A stretch of 64,000 nt of DNA from positions 160,001 to 224,000 of the forward strand of contig CAVYSY010000030.1 in the NCBI GenBank assembly GCA_963771175.1, written 5' to 3'. Positions 52,339 to 61,808 of the stretch are shown here, in pieces; the stretch's first letter is position 1; every line of letters begins with the position of its first letter. The notes under the pieces were generated by a model. That model was given only the letters and a program-made list of their open reading frames with translations. It was not told the DNA's origin and did not search any database. This DNA is from an uncultured delta proteobacterium (GTDB lineage Bacteria; Myxococcota; Myxococcia; Myxococcales; Myxococcaceae). The translations under genes were made by a program, and so were the position numbers.

Positions 52339-53193
52339 ATGAGCCGCGATTCCTCGCTCGCCGAGCGCCTCGGGCATGTCACCTCGCAGGCCACCTTCAT
52401 CCAGGCGGCGCTGCTGGCCGCGCACGGCGCGGGAGCCCGCACCGGAGGCTTCCGGGCCGCCGACGTGCGCTTCTTCTTCCTGCTCTTCACCAACTGGGTG
52501 GAACACGACGTCACGCGACCCTCGCAGGACCTGGACCTCACGCAGGTGCGCCGGACCCTGGCGCGGTTGTGCCGGAGCGGCCAGGCCGAGCCCCTGGAAG
52601 CCGCTCCGAGCAAGAAGGTGCCCCGGGGCCAGCGCTACGTGCTGACGGAGGCGGGGCTGGTCTCCCTGGCGGAGTCGCTGGCCGCGCTGGACCGGGCGCC
52701 GCTCGACGAGGCCCTCTTCGTGGCGTGCTTCGCGGCCAGCTACCGCAAGCCCATCCTCGCGCGGGTGCTGGGCCGGGTGCCGGCGCTCAGTGCCTCGGCC
52801 CGGCGCCGCGTGGCCCAGGTGCTCGACCCGGTGCGCATCCTCCGCGAGGCGCGGCGGAGCACGACCACCGTCCTCGCGGACCTGGAGGAGCGGGTGCGCG
52901 CCAGCCTGGAGATGGATGAGGCGGCGAGGGAGGCCCTGGGCACCGGGGCTTCCGAGGAGCAGGCGGTACGGAAGCTGGAGGCCCTTGGTTCCTACCAGCT
53001 CCACCGGGTGCGCCCCCTGGCGGAGGTGCTCCTCGGGCTGCCGGAGGACCTGCGGCGCTTCGAGCTCACGGAGGGAATGGGCGTGCGCGCGCGCCTGCTC
53101 TTCGCTCCGCTGGCCGAGCGCGCCCGCGCGGAACTGGCGCTGCTCGAGCGGCTGGAGCAGCACCTGACCTCGCGAGAGTCCGCGCGAGGGTGA
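52339..53193 (+). CDS. Hypothetical protein, possible winged-helix regulator
   Basis: TQVRRTLARL...RYVLTEAG resembles a wHTH wing; divergent from the desaturase. Confidence 0.55.
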   Translation: MSRDSSLAERLGHVTSQATFIQAALLAAHGAGARTGGFRAADVRFFFLLFTNWVEHDVTRPSQDLDLTQVRRTLARLCRSGQAEPLEAAPSKKVPRGQRYVLTEAGLVSLAESLAALDRAPLDEALFVACFAASYRKPILARVLGRVPALSASARRRVAQVLDPVRILREARRSTTTVLADLEERVRASLEMDEAAREALGTGASEEQAVRKLEALGSYQLHRVRPLAEVLLGLPEDLRRFELTEGMGVRARLLFAPLAERARAELALLERLEQHLTSRESARG

Positions 53194-53214
53194 GGATGGC
53201 CCCCTGAAAAGGGA

Positions 53215-53287
53215 GACCTCCCGGGCGCGTTTTTCAGAAACCTGTCCGACAGTCGGACAGGTTTGCGCGGAGCGCGGCCGGGAGGTC
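53215..53287. repeat. Nested palindrome (REP-like or bidirectional terminator) between convergent genes
   Basis: Perfect 13-bp arms AAACCTGTCCGAC-A-GTCGGACAGGTTT (53238-53264) inside 10-bp arms GACCTCCCGG / CCGGGAGGTC. Confidence 0.75.
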
Positions 53288-53347
53288 GAGGCCTGGTGAG
53301 GCACGGGGGGCAGGGCGAGCGTGGCCCCGACCCCCGTGCCCGGAGTG

Positions 53348-56248
53348 CTACTTGTACTCCACCGTCAGGACGGCGCCGGTGCCCTCGGTGAGGAAGACGT
53401 AAGAGGTGCCGGCCTGGTTCTGCGTGAACTGGAGCCGGGCCTGCGTCTTGCCCACCTTGTTGATGGCGGTGAGCCCCGCGGCGTTGAAGTCGGTCGAGCT
53501 CTGGGTGCCGGTGGTGAACTTGATGAGGTTGGCCACCCCGCTCGCGGTGGCGGCCGCGGACCAGTCGGTGGTCTCGGTGGCGGCCGTGCCGAACGTGCCG
53601 TTCTTCAGGTCGAGGGAGAGGAGGTTGCCGGCGGGGTCGGCCCACGGGTCGGCCGACGAGGAGGACAGCGTCACCTTGAGCGAGGCCCGGACGATGGTGG
53701 CGGTGTCCGGGAGCGAGGAGGTGTCGAACGAGAAGAGAGTCCGGTTGTACCTGGCATCCGTGCCCTTGCCGACGGCCAGACTGGTCAGGGTCCCCACCGC
53801 CGGCGAGCTGCCGTCCACGTTCGCCTTCACGTACCCGTCATCCGCCGCGATGCTGTTGAACGAGACGGTCGTCGTCGTCCCCGCGGTGCCGTTGCTCACC
53901 GTGACCGTGGTGTCGTTGTCCGTGCCCACGTTGTTCGCCGCGTCATAGGCCTTGGCCAGCAGCGAGTGGCTGCCGTTGGCCACGCCCGCCGTGTTCCAGG
54001 TGAAGACGTAGGGGGCCGCGGTGACGGTGTCGGCCAGCACGCCGTCGATGTAGAACTCGACCTTCTTCACGCCGGCCGCATCCGAGGCGCTCGCCGTCAC
54101 GTCGAGGGTGCCGCTGACGGTGGCGCCGTTGGCCGGGGCGGTCACATTCACGGTGGGCGCCGTGGTGTCGGCGGAGGCGCTCGGCGGGCCGACGGAGATG
54201 CTGTCCACCCAGGCCTTCGCGCGGCTGAGGTTCGAGCCGGTGTCCGTCGCCGTGACGATGAACTTCAGGATGACGGTGCGGTTGGCGTACGCCGAGAGGT
54301 CGATGTCCGCGCGCTGCGTCCAGTTGGCCTCGGTGACAGTGCCGATGCCGCTCTTGGTCACCGAGTCCACGACGTTGTCGGTGCCGTTGTTGACGATGAC
54401 CTTGAAGCTCGCCGAGGCCGAGGTGTTGGCGCCGGAGAGGTCCAGCTTCCGCCAGTAGGTCAGCCGGGGGTTGGCCGTCAGCGTCACGCTGACGCTCGCG
54501 GTGCGGGTGACGGTGTTGAAGGCCGGCGTGGCTGCCCCGAGGATGGACTTGCTCCCGGACATGCCGGTCTGGTCACTGGCGTCCAGCGCCCACTCGGTGA
54601 GGCTCCAGCCCGCGGTGTCGGGGCCGTTGGTGGAGAAGCGCTCGGTGAAGCGCACCGAGTTCTGGTCCACCGTCACCGACACAAAGGTGGAGGCCGCCGT
54701 GTTGCCCGCGGCGTCGTAGGCCTTCGCCTGGACGGTGTGGACGCCCATGGCATACGAGGTGGTGTTCCAGTTGTACACGTACGGCCCGGCCTGCTGCGAC
54801 GACACGCCCTGGCCCACCACGACGCCGTCGACGAGGAACTCCACCTTCGTCACGCCGAAGTCATCCGAGGCGGTGGCGGCGATGTCGATGGCGCCGGCCA
54901 CGGTGGCGCCGGCGGTGGGGAAGGTGATGGCCACGCTGGGCGCCGTGGTGTCGGAGATACCGCCGGAGACAGTGACGGAGATGGTGCTGGAGGTCGCGGT
55001 GTTGCCCGCGGCGTCATGGGCCTTGGCCACCAGGGTGTGGGGGCCGTTGGTCGCCGCCGCGGTGTTCCAGCTGTACTCGAAGGGCGAGGCCGTGTCGGTG
55101 CCGACCAGGGTGTTGTCGATGGAGAACTCGACCTTGGAGATGCCGACGTCGTCCGTGGCGCTGGCCGTCACCTTCACCGTCCCGCTCACGCTGGCGCCGT
55201 TGGCGGGCGCGGAGAGGCTCACGGTGGGCGCGACCGTGTCGGAGTTGTCGAGTCCGAAGAACTTCGCCACGTACCAGGTGGAGCAGATGTCCGTGTCGAG
55301 CACGAAGGAGCCCGCCGTGCCACACGCGACGGTGGTGCCGGGGAACTTGAACGCCGGGTCGATGGCCGTGCCGTGCCCCATGCCAGTGAGGGCGTAGGTC
55401 TCCACCAGCGCGTTGCCCGCGGTGTCCTTGTAGACCTTGTGGGGGTAGCCGGCGACCGTCTCGCTGACGTCCGCCGTCTGGTCGATGCCGTGCACCGCCG
55501 TCCACTGTTCCATGGCCTCCGTCTGGTTGGTGTTCTTCACGGTGTAGTCGGACGTGCCGTGCCAGATGGAGATTTTCGGGTAGGGGCCGGTGTAGCTGGC
55601 GTAGGCATTGCGGACCAGGTCCCTCCACTGCGTGGGCGTCTTGTCCGCACCCGGGCTCATGCAGGAGAAGCCATCGTTCATCGTGGTCGCGCACTTGTAC
55701 GGGACGCCCGCCATCACGGCGGCCCCGGCGAAGACGTCGGGGTAGGCGGCGGCCATCACGTGCGTCATCGCGCCACCCGCGGACAGGCCGGTGACGAAGA
55801 CGCGGCGCGGGTCGATGGAGTGGTCGACCATCATCTTGTCGACCATCTGCTTGATGGAGAGCGCCTCGCCCTGCCCACGCGCGATGTCACCCGGCTCGAA
55901 CCAGTTGAAGCAGGTGTTCTGGTTGTTGGCGCTGAGCTGCTCCGGGTAGACCACGTAGAACTTGAGCTGTTCGGCCAGCGCGTTCCAGCCGGTGAGGGTG
56001 TAGCCGTCAGGGGTTTGGACACATCCGTGCAGCGCCACCACCAGCGGGGCGTTGGCGGGCATGCTGGCGGGGACGTGCTTCCACATCTTCAGGTTGCCGG
56101 GGTTGGTCCCGAAGCTCGTCACCTGCGTCAGCGAGCCGTACAGCTCCCCCAAGGGGGGTGGGGTCTCCTCCGGCGGTAGCTGCTCGCACCCGAGTACGGT
56201 CAGGGCGAGAACCGCACCCACGACTCCTGCGAAACGTCGATTCAGCAT
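53348..56248 (-). CDS. phaZ: Extracellular PHB depolymerase-like esterase (catalytic type 1) with three Ig-like (Big) repeats; probable lipoprotein
   Basis: FGTNPGNL.M, LHGC.Q, YPEQ, CFNWF, GLSAGG, WHG.SD.TV, GMGHG; DT.APTV..SDD.GV.KVEF..AKAYDAAGN x3. Confidence 0.85.
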   Translation of the reverse strand: MLNRRFAGVVGAVLALTVLGCEQLPPEETPPPLGELYGSLTQVTSFGTNPGNLKMWKHVPASMPANAPLVVALHGCVQTPDGYTLTGWNALAEQLKFYVVYPEQLSANNQNTCFNWFEPGDIARGQGEALSIKQMVDKMMVDHSIDPRRVFVTGLSAGGAMTHVMAAAYPDVFAGAAVMAGVPYKCATTMNDGFSCMSPGADKTPTQWRDLVRNAYASYTGPYPKISIWHGTSDYTVKNTNQTEAMEQWTAVHGIDQTADVSETVAGYPHKVYKDTAGNALVETYALTGMGHGTAIDPAFKFPGTTVACGTAGSFVLDTDICSTWYVAKFFGLDNSDTVAPTVSLSAPANGASVSGTVKVTASATDDVGISKVEFSIDNTLVGTDTASPFEYSWNTAAATNGPHTLVAKAHDAAGNTATSSTISVTVSGGISDTTAPSVAITFPTAGATVAGAIDIAATASDDFGVTKVEFLVDGVVVGQGVSSQQAGPYVYNWNTTSYAMGVHTVQAKAYDAAGNTAASTFVSVTVDQNSVRFTERFSTNGPDTAGWSLTEWALDASDQTGMSGSKSILGAATPAFNTVTRTASVSVTLTANPRLTYWRKLDLSGANTSASASFKVIVNNGTDNVVDSVTKSGIGTVTEANWTQRADIDLSAYANRTVILKFIVTATDTGSNLSRAKAWVDSISVGPPSASADTTAPTVNVTAPANGATVSGTLDVTASASDAAGVKKVEFYIDGVLADTVTAAPYVFTWNTAGVANGSHSLLAKAYDAANNVGTDNDTTVTVSNGTAGTTTTVSFNSIAADDGYVKANVDGSSPAVGTLTSLAVGKGTDARYNRTLFSFDTSSLPDTATIVRASLKVTLSSSSADPWADPAGNLLSLDLKNGTFGTAATETTDWSAAATASGVANLIKFTTGTQSSTDFNAAGLTAINKVGKTQARLQFTQNQAGTSYVFLTEGTGAVLTVEYK

Positions 56249-56344
56249 GTGTGCTCCCGGGAAAGTGGGGCTAATGCCTTACCATGTTCCAATGAGTTTT
56301 TATTATGTGTTCTGTTCCAGGGAATGACCCGGAGGGCGCCGCGC

Positions 56345-56456
56345 CATGACGCGCAATGTCATGTGTTTCATGACGCGCAATGTCATACGTGCGAGTCACG
56401 CAGACATGAACCCATCTTCATATAAACATGAATCTAACATCATATAAACATGAATC
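56345..56456. promoter_or_regulatory. Two arrays of tandem palindromic operators in a divergent promoter region
   Basis: CATGACGCGCAATGTCAT x2 (56345, 56369); TCATATAAACATGAATC x2 (56418, 56440) plus a degenerate copy at 56396. Confidence 0.75.
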
Positions 56457-56571
56457 CGGCTTCAGGTGCGCTAGGATGGCGCCGCCGCCAACGAGGCCGG
56501 CTTTGGGAGGGGGCCTCCCGACACGTACGGACCCGGCACCTCTCATCTCCCTACTCCACAGGAGTCCACAC

Positions 56572-58017
56572 ATGAGGATGTCCAAGCACTCCCTCCGGTT
56601 CTACGCGACCGGACTCGCCACCTGCGCCCTGCTCGCGTGCGACAAGCCGGAGAAGCCGGATGACACCGGGACCGGCCAACAGGACGTGGTGACGGTGGAG
56701 AGCTGCCGCAAGCAGCTCGCCGCTCGCCAGGATGAGCTGCGCGCCGAGGGAGTGGACGTGGCCAACTGGTCCTTCCGGGATGCGCCCCAGATGGTGGAGC
56801 CGGCGCTCACCGAGCGGCAGACGCCCCAGACCTACAAGGAGTACGACGGCAAGTACCGCCCGCTGAGCAACCACCCCGGCTGCTCCGTGGACAACCTCTA
56901 CTACGACAAGGCGAACACCCGGACGGATACCGGTCGCACGCCCTTCGTCGACGGCAACAATGACGGCAAGTGGACCGGGCGCTCCGACTTCGGTGGCCCC
57001 AACGCCGCCACGGGCTTCGTCGATGGGGACAAGGCCAACATCCCCGGCTACCCCTGCGCCGCCAAGCAGTACACGCCGAACGCCGAGGACACCTCCAAGC
57101 CCATCGTCATCCTCGTGCACGGCAACTCCACCCGGCCGCACACCTGGGAGAAGTTCCTCCTGCCGGCGGGCACGCCCATCAACGCCGCCGTCGAGAAGGT
57201 CCAGTTCAACCCGGACACGGAGGCCCGGGCCCAGCTCGCCGAGCGCCTCGTCGCCGATCATTTCAACGTCATCGCCGTGGACTTCCGCACGGACCTGATC
57301 GCCACGGTGGACCCCACCGCCAACAACACCACGGAGAACGCGGCCGGCAACATCGACCACGGCTGGTCCACGCCCATCCTCCAGTCGCTCGTCAAGGCGG
57401 TGATGAAGAACAACCCCGGCCGCAAGGTGGCGCTGGTGGGCCACTCGCTGGGCGTGACGGTGGTGCGTGACGCCATCCGCCGGCTGTACGTGGAGCACGT
57501 CGACGGGGTGGAGGGCGCCATCAACCCCTTCCCGCAGCTCAGCCACGTCATCCTCGGCTCGGGCGCCAACCACGGCGTGTCCACCTATGACCCGCCGAGC
57601 GCGCTGTGCGGCACCAACCCGACCATGCGCGGCACGATCGTCTGCGAGATGGGCAGCCGCGCCAACTACCAGCCGACGTACTTCCACAAGCCGCTCAACG
57701 GCCCGAAGGACCTGTTCGCCACCCCGTGCGCGGACGGTGACTACGCCTTCGGCAAGACGGGCCAGTGCAACGGCAACGTGGTGAAGTACTTCACCATCAC
57801 CATGACGGACATCGAGCAGGGCGCCAACTACCAGGACTTCTACGTGTCCGAGGCGGCCTCGCGCATCGACATGCCGGGGTGCGTGGTGAACAAGCTGACG
57901 ACGCTCAACGACTACGACACCAGTGGCTATTTCCTCAAGGGCTTCATCGCCAACCACTTCGGCTCCCTGCGCTCCGACGCGGGCCTGCGGCTCGCCATGG
58001 AGTATCTGGCGCGCTAG
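56572..58017 (+). CDS. Lipoprotein alpha/beta hydrolase (lipase/esterase)
   Basis: LLA-C lipobox; LVHGN oxyanion segment, GHSLG, GANHG. Confidence 0.82.
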   Translation: MRMSKHSLRFYATGLATCALLACDKPEKPDDTGTGQQDVVTVESCRKQLAARQDELRAEGVDVANWSFRDAPQMVEPALTERQTPQTYKEYDGKYRPLSNHPGCSVDNLYYDKANTRTDTGRTPFVDGNNDGKWTGRSDFGGPNAATGFVDGDKANIPGYPCAAKQYTPNAEDTSKPIVILVHGNSTRPHTWEKFLLPAGTPINAAVEKVQFNPDTEARAQLAERLVADHFNVIAVDFRTDLIATVDPTANNTTENAAGNIDHGWSTPILQSLVKAVMKNNPGRKVALVGHSLGVTVVRDAIRRLYVEHVDGVEGAINPFPQLSHVILGSGANHGVSTYDPPSALCGTNPTMRGTIVCEMGSRANYQPTYFHKPLNGPKDLFATPCADGDYAFGKTGQCNGNVVKYFTITMTDIEQGANYQDFYVSEAASRIDMPGCVVNKLTTLNDYDTSGYFLKGFIANHFGSLRSDAGLRLAMEYLAR

Positions 58018-58120
58018 TCGTCGGCCCCTGGCAGTCTCCTTCCGCCGCCCGCGCTCGTGGCTGCCGCGCGCGGGCGGCGGTCTCCCCTTAGCGAAGTGCA
58101 GCCGAAGAGAGTCTTCCTCC

Positions 58121-59512
58121 ATGAATCCGAAGTTCCCCGCCGCGTCCCGCCTGACGCTCGCGTGCACGCTGGCGTCCGCCCTGGTGGCGGCCCCGGCCCT
58201 GGCGCAGACCTCCGACGCCCCGGTCGCGCCCACCCCCGAGGCCGCGCCCCAGGCCGCTCCCGCCGCGGCTCCCGAGAAGCCCGATGCCGAGAGCAAGCAG
58301 GACCCGGAGGCGCTGGTGGTGAGCGCGCCGGCGCCCGAGAGCAAGCCCGTCTTCGGCGTCGGCAGCGAGCGGTACTTCATCAACCCGGTCATCGCCATCG
58401 CGGGCGGCATCCAGTCGGAGAACCTGCTGGTCAACCCCAACCCGCAGAAGGAGGGCCGCATCACCACGGTGGCCCTCGCGCGCTTCGGGTTCGAGGGGCG
58501 CCTGGGGCAGTACGTCACCTTCCGCAGCGAGTTCGAGCGCAACATCCGCAGCCACGGCTCGGGCATCTGGGAGGGCACGGCCTCCATGTCCGTGCGCGAC
58601 CAGGTGCTGCGCCTGCAGCGCTGGGGCGCCACGGTGGAGGCCGGCATCATCCTGGACCCGGCCAGCGTGGACTACTTCTCCGCGCACATCGGCGACGTGC
58701 TCCTGGCGGACAAGTACACGAGAGATCCGCTGCTCTACTCCGGCTTCAACCGCGGCCAGGGCGTGCAGGCGCGCTACTCGCGCTGGGGCCTCACCGCCGG
58801 CCTGAGCTACACCGAGGCCAACCCGCTGAGCTCCTCGGCCTCCTTCATGGTGGGCGGCTCCTTCGGCGGCAACAGCCGCTTCTGGGAGCGGCCCCTGGGC
58901 AACTTCCGCAACGGCCAGCCGGATGACGACATCCACTTCCGCGTCATCAGCCCCTCGCTCGGCTACGAGCACCCCTGGTTCGAGGCCAAGGCGATGGTGC
59001 AGGTCTTCAACATCAACTACCAGGCCAACTCCATCGAGGATCCGCCGATTCAGGGCTACAACGCCCGCGGCAACGTGAAGCTCAAGCTCAAGGGCATGGT
59101 GCCGGCGCTGCCCTTCGCGGTGGAGCCCTTCTTCAACGTCGCGCGCGTGCAGAACGACGTGGTGAACTCGGCCTCGGGCTACGGCAACCAGCTCCTGGAC
59201 ACGCGCTTCGACGCGCTCACCCTCTCCGGCGGTCTGGACGTCTTCCTCTCTGGCAAGTCGGGCGTGGGCTTCAACTTCGTGCGCGTGGCGGACCACACGC
59301 CTTCCTTCGTTCCCCCCACGGGCTCCACGGCCGCCAGCGAGCCCGTCCTCTCCACGAACATCACCTACCTCAACGTGGGCGCGACCTGGTGGATGTTCGA
59401 CCAGGTGGCGCTCGGCGCGCGCGTGGCCACCTTCTCGAAGAAGATCGAAGGCAAGCCCGAGCTCGAGGAGCGCGACCTGTCCGGCTTCCTCACGCTGCGG
59501 ATGATCCTCTAA
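58121..59512 (+). CDS. Outer-membrane porin-like beta-barrel
   Basis: Signal peptide ALA-Q, Pro/Ala linker, many amphipathic strands, terminal GFLTLRMIL. Confidence 0.7.
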   Translation: MNPKFPAASRLTLACTLASALVAAPALAQTSDAPVAPTPEAAPQAAPAAAPEKPDAESKQDPEALVVSAPAPESKPVFGVGSERYFINPVIAIAGGIQSENLLVNPNPQKEGRITTVALARFGFEGRLGQYVTFRSEFERNIRSHGSGIWEGTASMSVRDQVLRLQRWGATVEAGIILDPASVDYFSAHIGDVLLADKYTRDPLLYSGFNRGQGVQARYSRWGLTAGLSYTEANPLSSSASFMVGGSFGGNSRFWERPLGNFRNGQPDDDIHFRVISPSLGYEHPWFEAKAMVQVFNINYQANSIEDPPIQGYNARGNVKLKLKGMVPALPFAVEPFFNVARVQNDVVNSASGYGNQLLDTRFDALTLSGGLDVFLSGKSGVGFNFVRVADHTPSFVPPTGSTAASEPVLSTNITYLNVGATWWMFDQVALGARVATFSKKIEGKPELEERDLSGFLTLRMIL

Positions 59513-60294
59513 TGAGCACGCCCATGGGAGAGCTGACGGGAAAGTGCGCGCTCGTCACGGGCGCGGCGAGCGGCATCGGCCGGGCGGTGGCGGAGGACCT
59601 GGGCGCGAGGGGCGCCCGGGTGCTCGTGTCGGACCTGGACGAGGCGGGCGCGCGAGCGGTGGCCGAGGGCATTCCGGGCGCCATCGCCCAGCGGGCGGAC
59701 GTGTCCTCGCGTGAGGACTGCCGGGCGCTGGTGGACCGGGCCCAGAAGGAGTGGGATCGGCTGGACATCCTGGTGAACAACGCCGGGCTGCAGCACGTGG
59801 CCCCGGTGGAGGAGTTCCCCGAGGACCGCTGGGAGCAGATGATCCGCATCATGCTGGTGGGGCCCTTCCTGCTCACCAGGTATGCCCTGCCGCTGATGTA
59901 CGCCCGGAAGTGGGGGCGCATCATCAACGTCTCCTCGCTGCACGGGCTGGTCGCGTCGCCGTACAAGTCGGCCTACATCTCGGCGAAGCACGGGCTGATG
60001 GGGCTGACGAAGACGGTGGCGCTGGAGGCGGCGGACAAGGGCGTGACGGTGAACGCCATCTGCCCCAGCTACGTGCGCACGCCGCTGGTGGAGAAGCAGA
60101 TCGCCGACCAGGCCCGGGTGAACGGGCTGTCCGAGCAGGAGGTCGTCGAGCGCATCATGCTGGCCCCAGCGGCGGTGAAGCGCCTGCTGGAGCCGAGCGA
60201 GGTGGCGGCCTACGTGTCCTTCCTGTGCTCGGAGGCCGCGGGCGGCATCACCGGGGCCGCCCAGGTGATGGACTGCGGCTGGACGGCCCGCTGA
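59512..60294 (+). CDS. bdhA: D-3-hydroxybutyrate dehydrogenase
   Basis: TGAASGIG, NNAGLQHVAPVEEFP, HGLVAS.YKSAYISAKHG, YVRTPLVEKQI. Confidence 0.92.
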   Translation: MSTPMGELTGKCALVTGAASGIGRAVAEDLGARGARVLVSDLDEAGARAVAEGIPGAIAQRADVSSREDCRALVDRAQKEWDRLDILVNNAGLQHVAPVEEFPEDRWEQMIRIMLVGPFLLTRYALPLMYARKWGRIINVSSLHGLVASPYKSAYISAKHGLMGLTKTVALEAADKGVTVNAICPSYVRTPLVEKQIADQARVNGLSEQEVVERIMLAPAAVKRLLEPSEVAAYVSFLCSEAAGGITGAAQVMDCGWTAR

Positions 60295-60303
60295 GTCGAG
60301 CCG

Positions 60304-61673
60304 TCAGGCCACTTCGCGCTTCTTGTCGGTCCCCGCGGCGCCGTCCGCGGGGGCCGTGGGGGCCGCCTCGGAGAGGTTCCCGCGGAACGTCTCGGCGGAG
60401 AGGTAGACGGAGACGAGGGTGACGAGCGCGAGGCCCACCATGTAGAGCGACACGGGCCACGCCTTGCCGCCGGACTCCGTCAGCAGCCAGGTGGCGATGA
60501 GGGGCGACAGCCCGCCGGCGAACACGGAGGCGAGCTGGTAGCCCAGCGACGCGCCGCTGTAGCGCACGCGGGTGCCGAAGAGCTCGGAGAAGAAGCTGGC
60601 CTGCGGCCCGTACATGGCGGCGTGGGCGATGATGCCGAGCGTGATGGACAGCAGGATGAGGCCCGTCGCCTTCGTGTCGATGAGCCAGAAGAAGGGGAAG
60701 GCCAGCAGCGCGCACCCCAGGGCGCCGCCGAGGTAGACGGGCCGGCGGCCGAAGCGATCCGAGGCGGCTCCAAAGGCGGGGATGGCCACCAGGTGGACGA
60801 CGGTGGCTCCGAGCACGCAGTTGAGCATGGTGGAGCGCTCCATCCCGAGCCGCTCGGTGCCGTAGGTGAGCACGAAGGTGGTGACGATGTAGAAGAAGCC
60901 GTTCTCGGCGAAGCGCGCCCCCATGGCGAGGAGGATCTGCTTGGGGTAGGTGCGCAGCACCTCGAGCGATGGGCAGCTTCGGGCCGGAGCCGGGGGCCTT
61001 GTGGGCGGCGCGGAAGGCGGGGGACTCGGCGACGCTCAGGCGGATGAAGACGCCGATGCCGATGAGCACGGCGCTGAAGCAGGAAGGGCACGCGCCAGCC
61101 CCAGGAGAGGAACTGCTCCTCGGGCAGGCGGGAGAAGATGGAGAACACGCCAGTTGGCCACCAGCAGGCCCGCGGGAGCGCCGATCTGCGGCCAGCTCCC
61201 GTAGAAGCCGCGCCGGTGCGCGGGGGCGTGCTCCACGGCCATGAGCACCGCGCCGCCCCACTCGCCGCCCAGGCCGAAGCCCTGCAGGACGCGCAGCAGC
61301 ACCAGCAGCACGGGGGCCCAGACGCCGATCTGCTCGTAGGTGGGCAGCAGGCCGATGGCGAAGGTGGCCGCGCCCATGATCATCAGCGTGGCGCACAGCA
61401 TGGACTTGCGGCCGATCTTGTCGCCGAAGTGGCCGAAGACGATGCCGCCGAGCGGCCGGGCGACGAAGCCCACGGCGAAGGTGGCGAACGCGGCGAGCGT
61501 GCCGACCAGCGGGTCGAAGGACGGGAAGAAGAGCGGTTGAAGACCAGCGCCGCCGCGGTGCCGTAGAGGAAGAAGTCGTACCACTCGATGGTCGTGCCGA
61601 TGAAGCTCGCGGCGGCCACCTTCCAGGTGGATTGGGACTTCTCGGGCGTCGGGGCCGCGTCAGGTGCCGTCAC
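60304..61673 (-). CDS. MFS metabolite:H+ symporter (MHS/ShiA-like); several frameshifts
   Basis: GTTIEWYDF, RPLGG..FGH.GD.IGRK, GGEWGGA, WGWRVPF, SELF.T.VRYSG spread over four ORF segments. Confidence 0.85.
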
Positions 61674-61808
61674 GTCGTGTTGCCTCGCGTGGTGGGGTGA
61701 AGGCGTCCTGAATAGCCGCTTCCCCCGCGAGAGGACAACAGGGGCTCTCGCGGGGGCGCGAGACGGGCACCCCGCTAGCGGGGCGCCCGCTCCGTGTGAG
61801 GCTTTGAC

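Noticed and set aside
53321..56179. Long antisense and alternate-frame ORFs (e.g. 53321..56179 +, 36966..39158 +, 46283..48850 +)
   Set aside because: Shadow ORFs typical of high-GC DNA, opposite well-supported genes and without motifs
56345..56456. Possible mini-CRISPR array
   Set aside because: Units are 17-18 bp with 5-6 bp gaps, only 2-3 copies, and there are no cas genes
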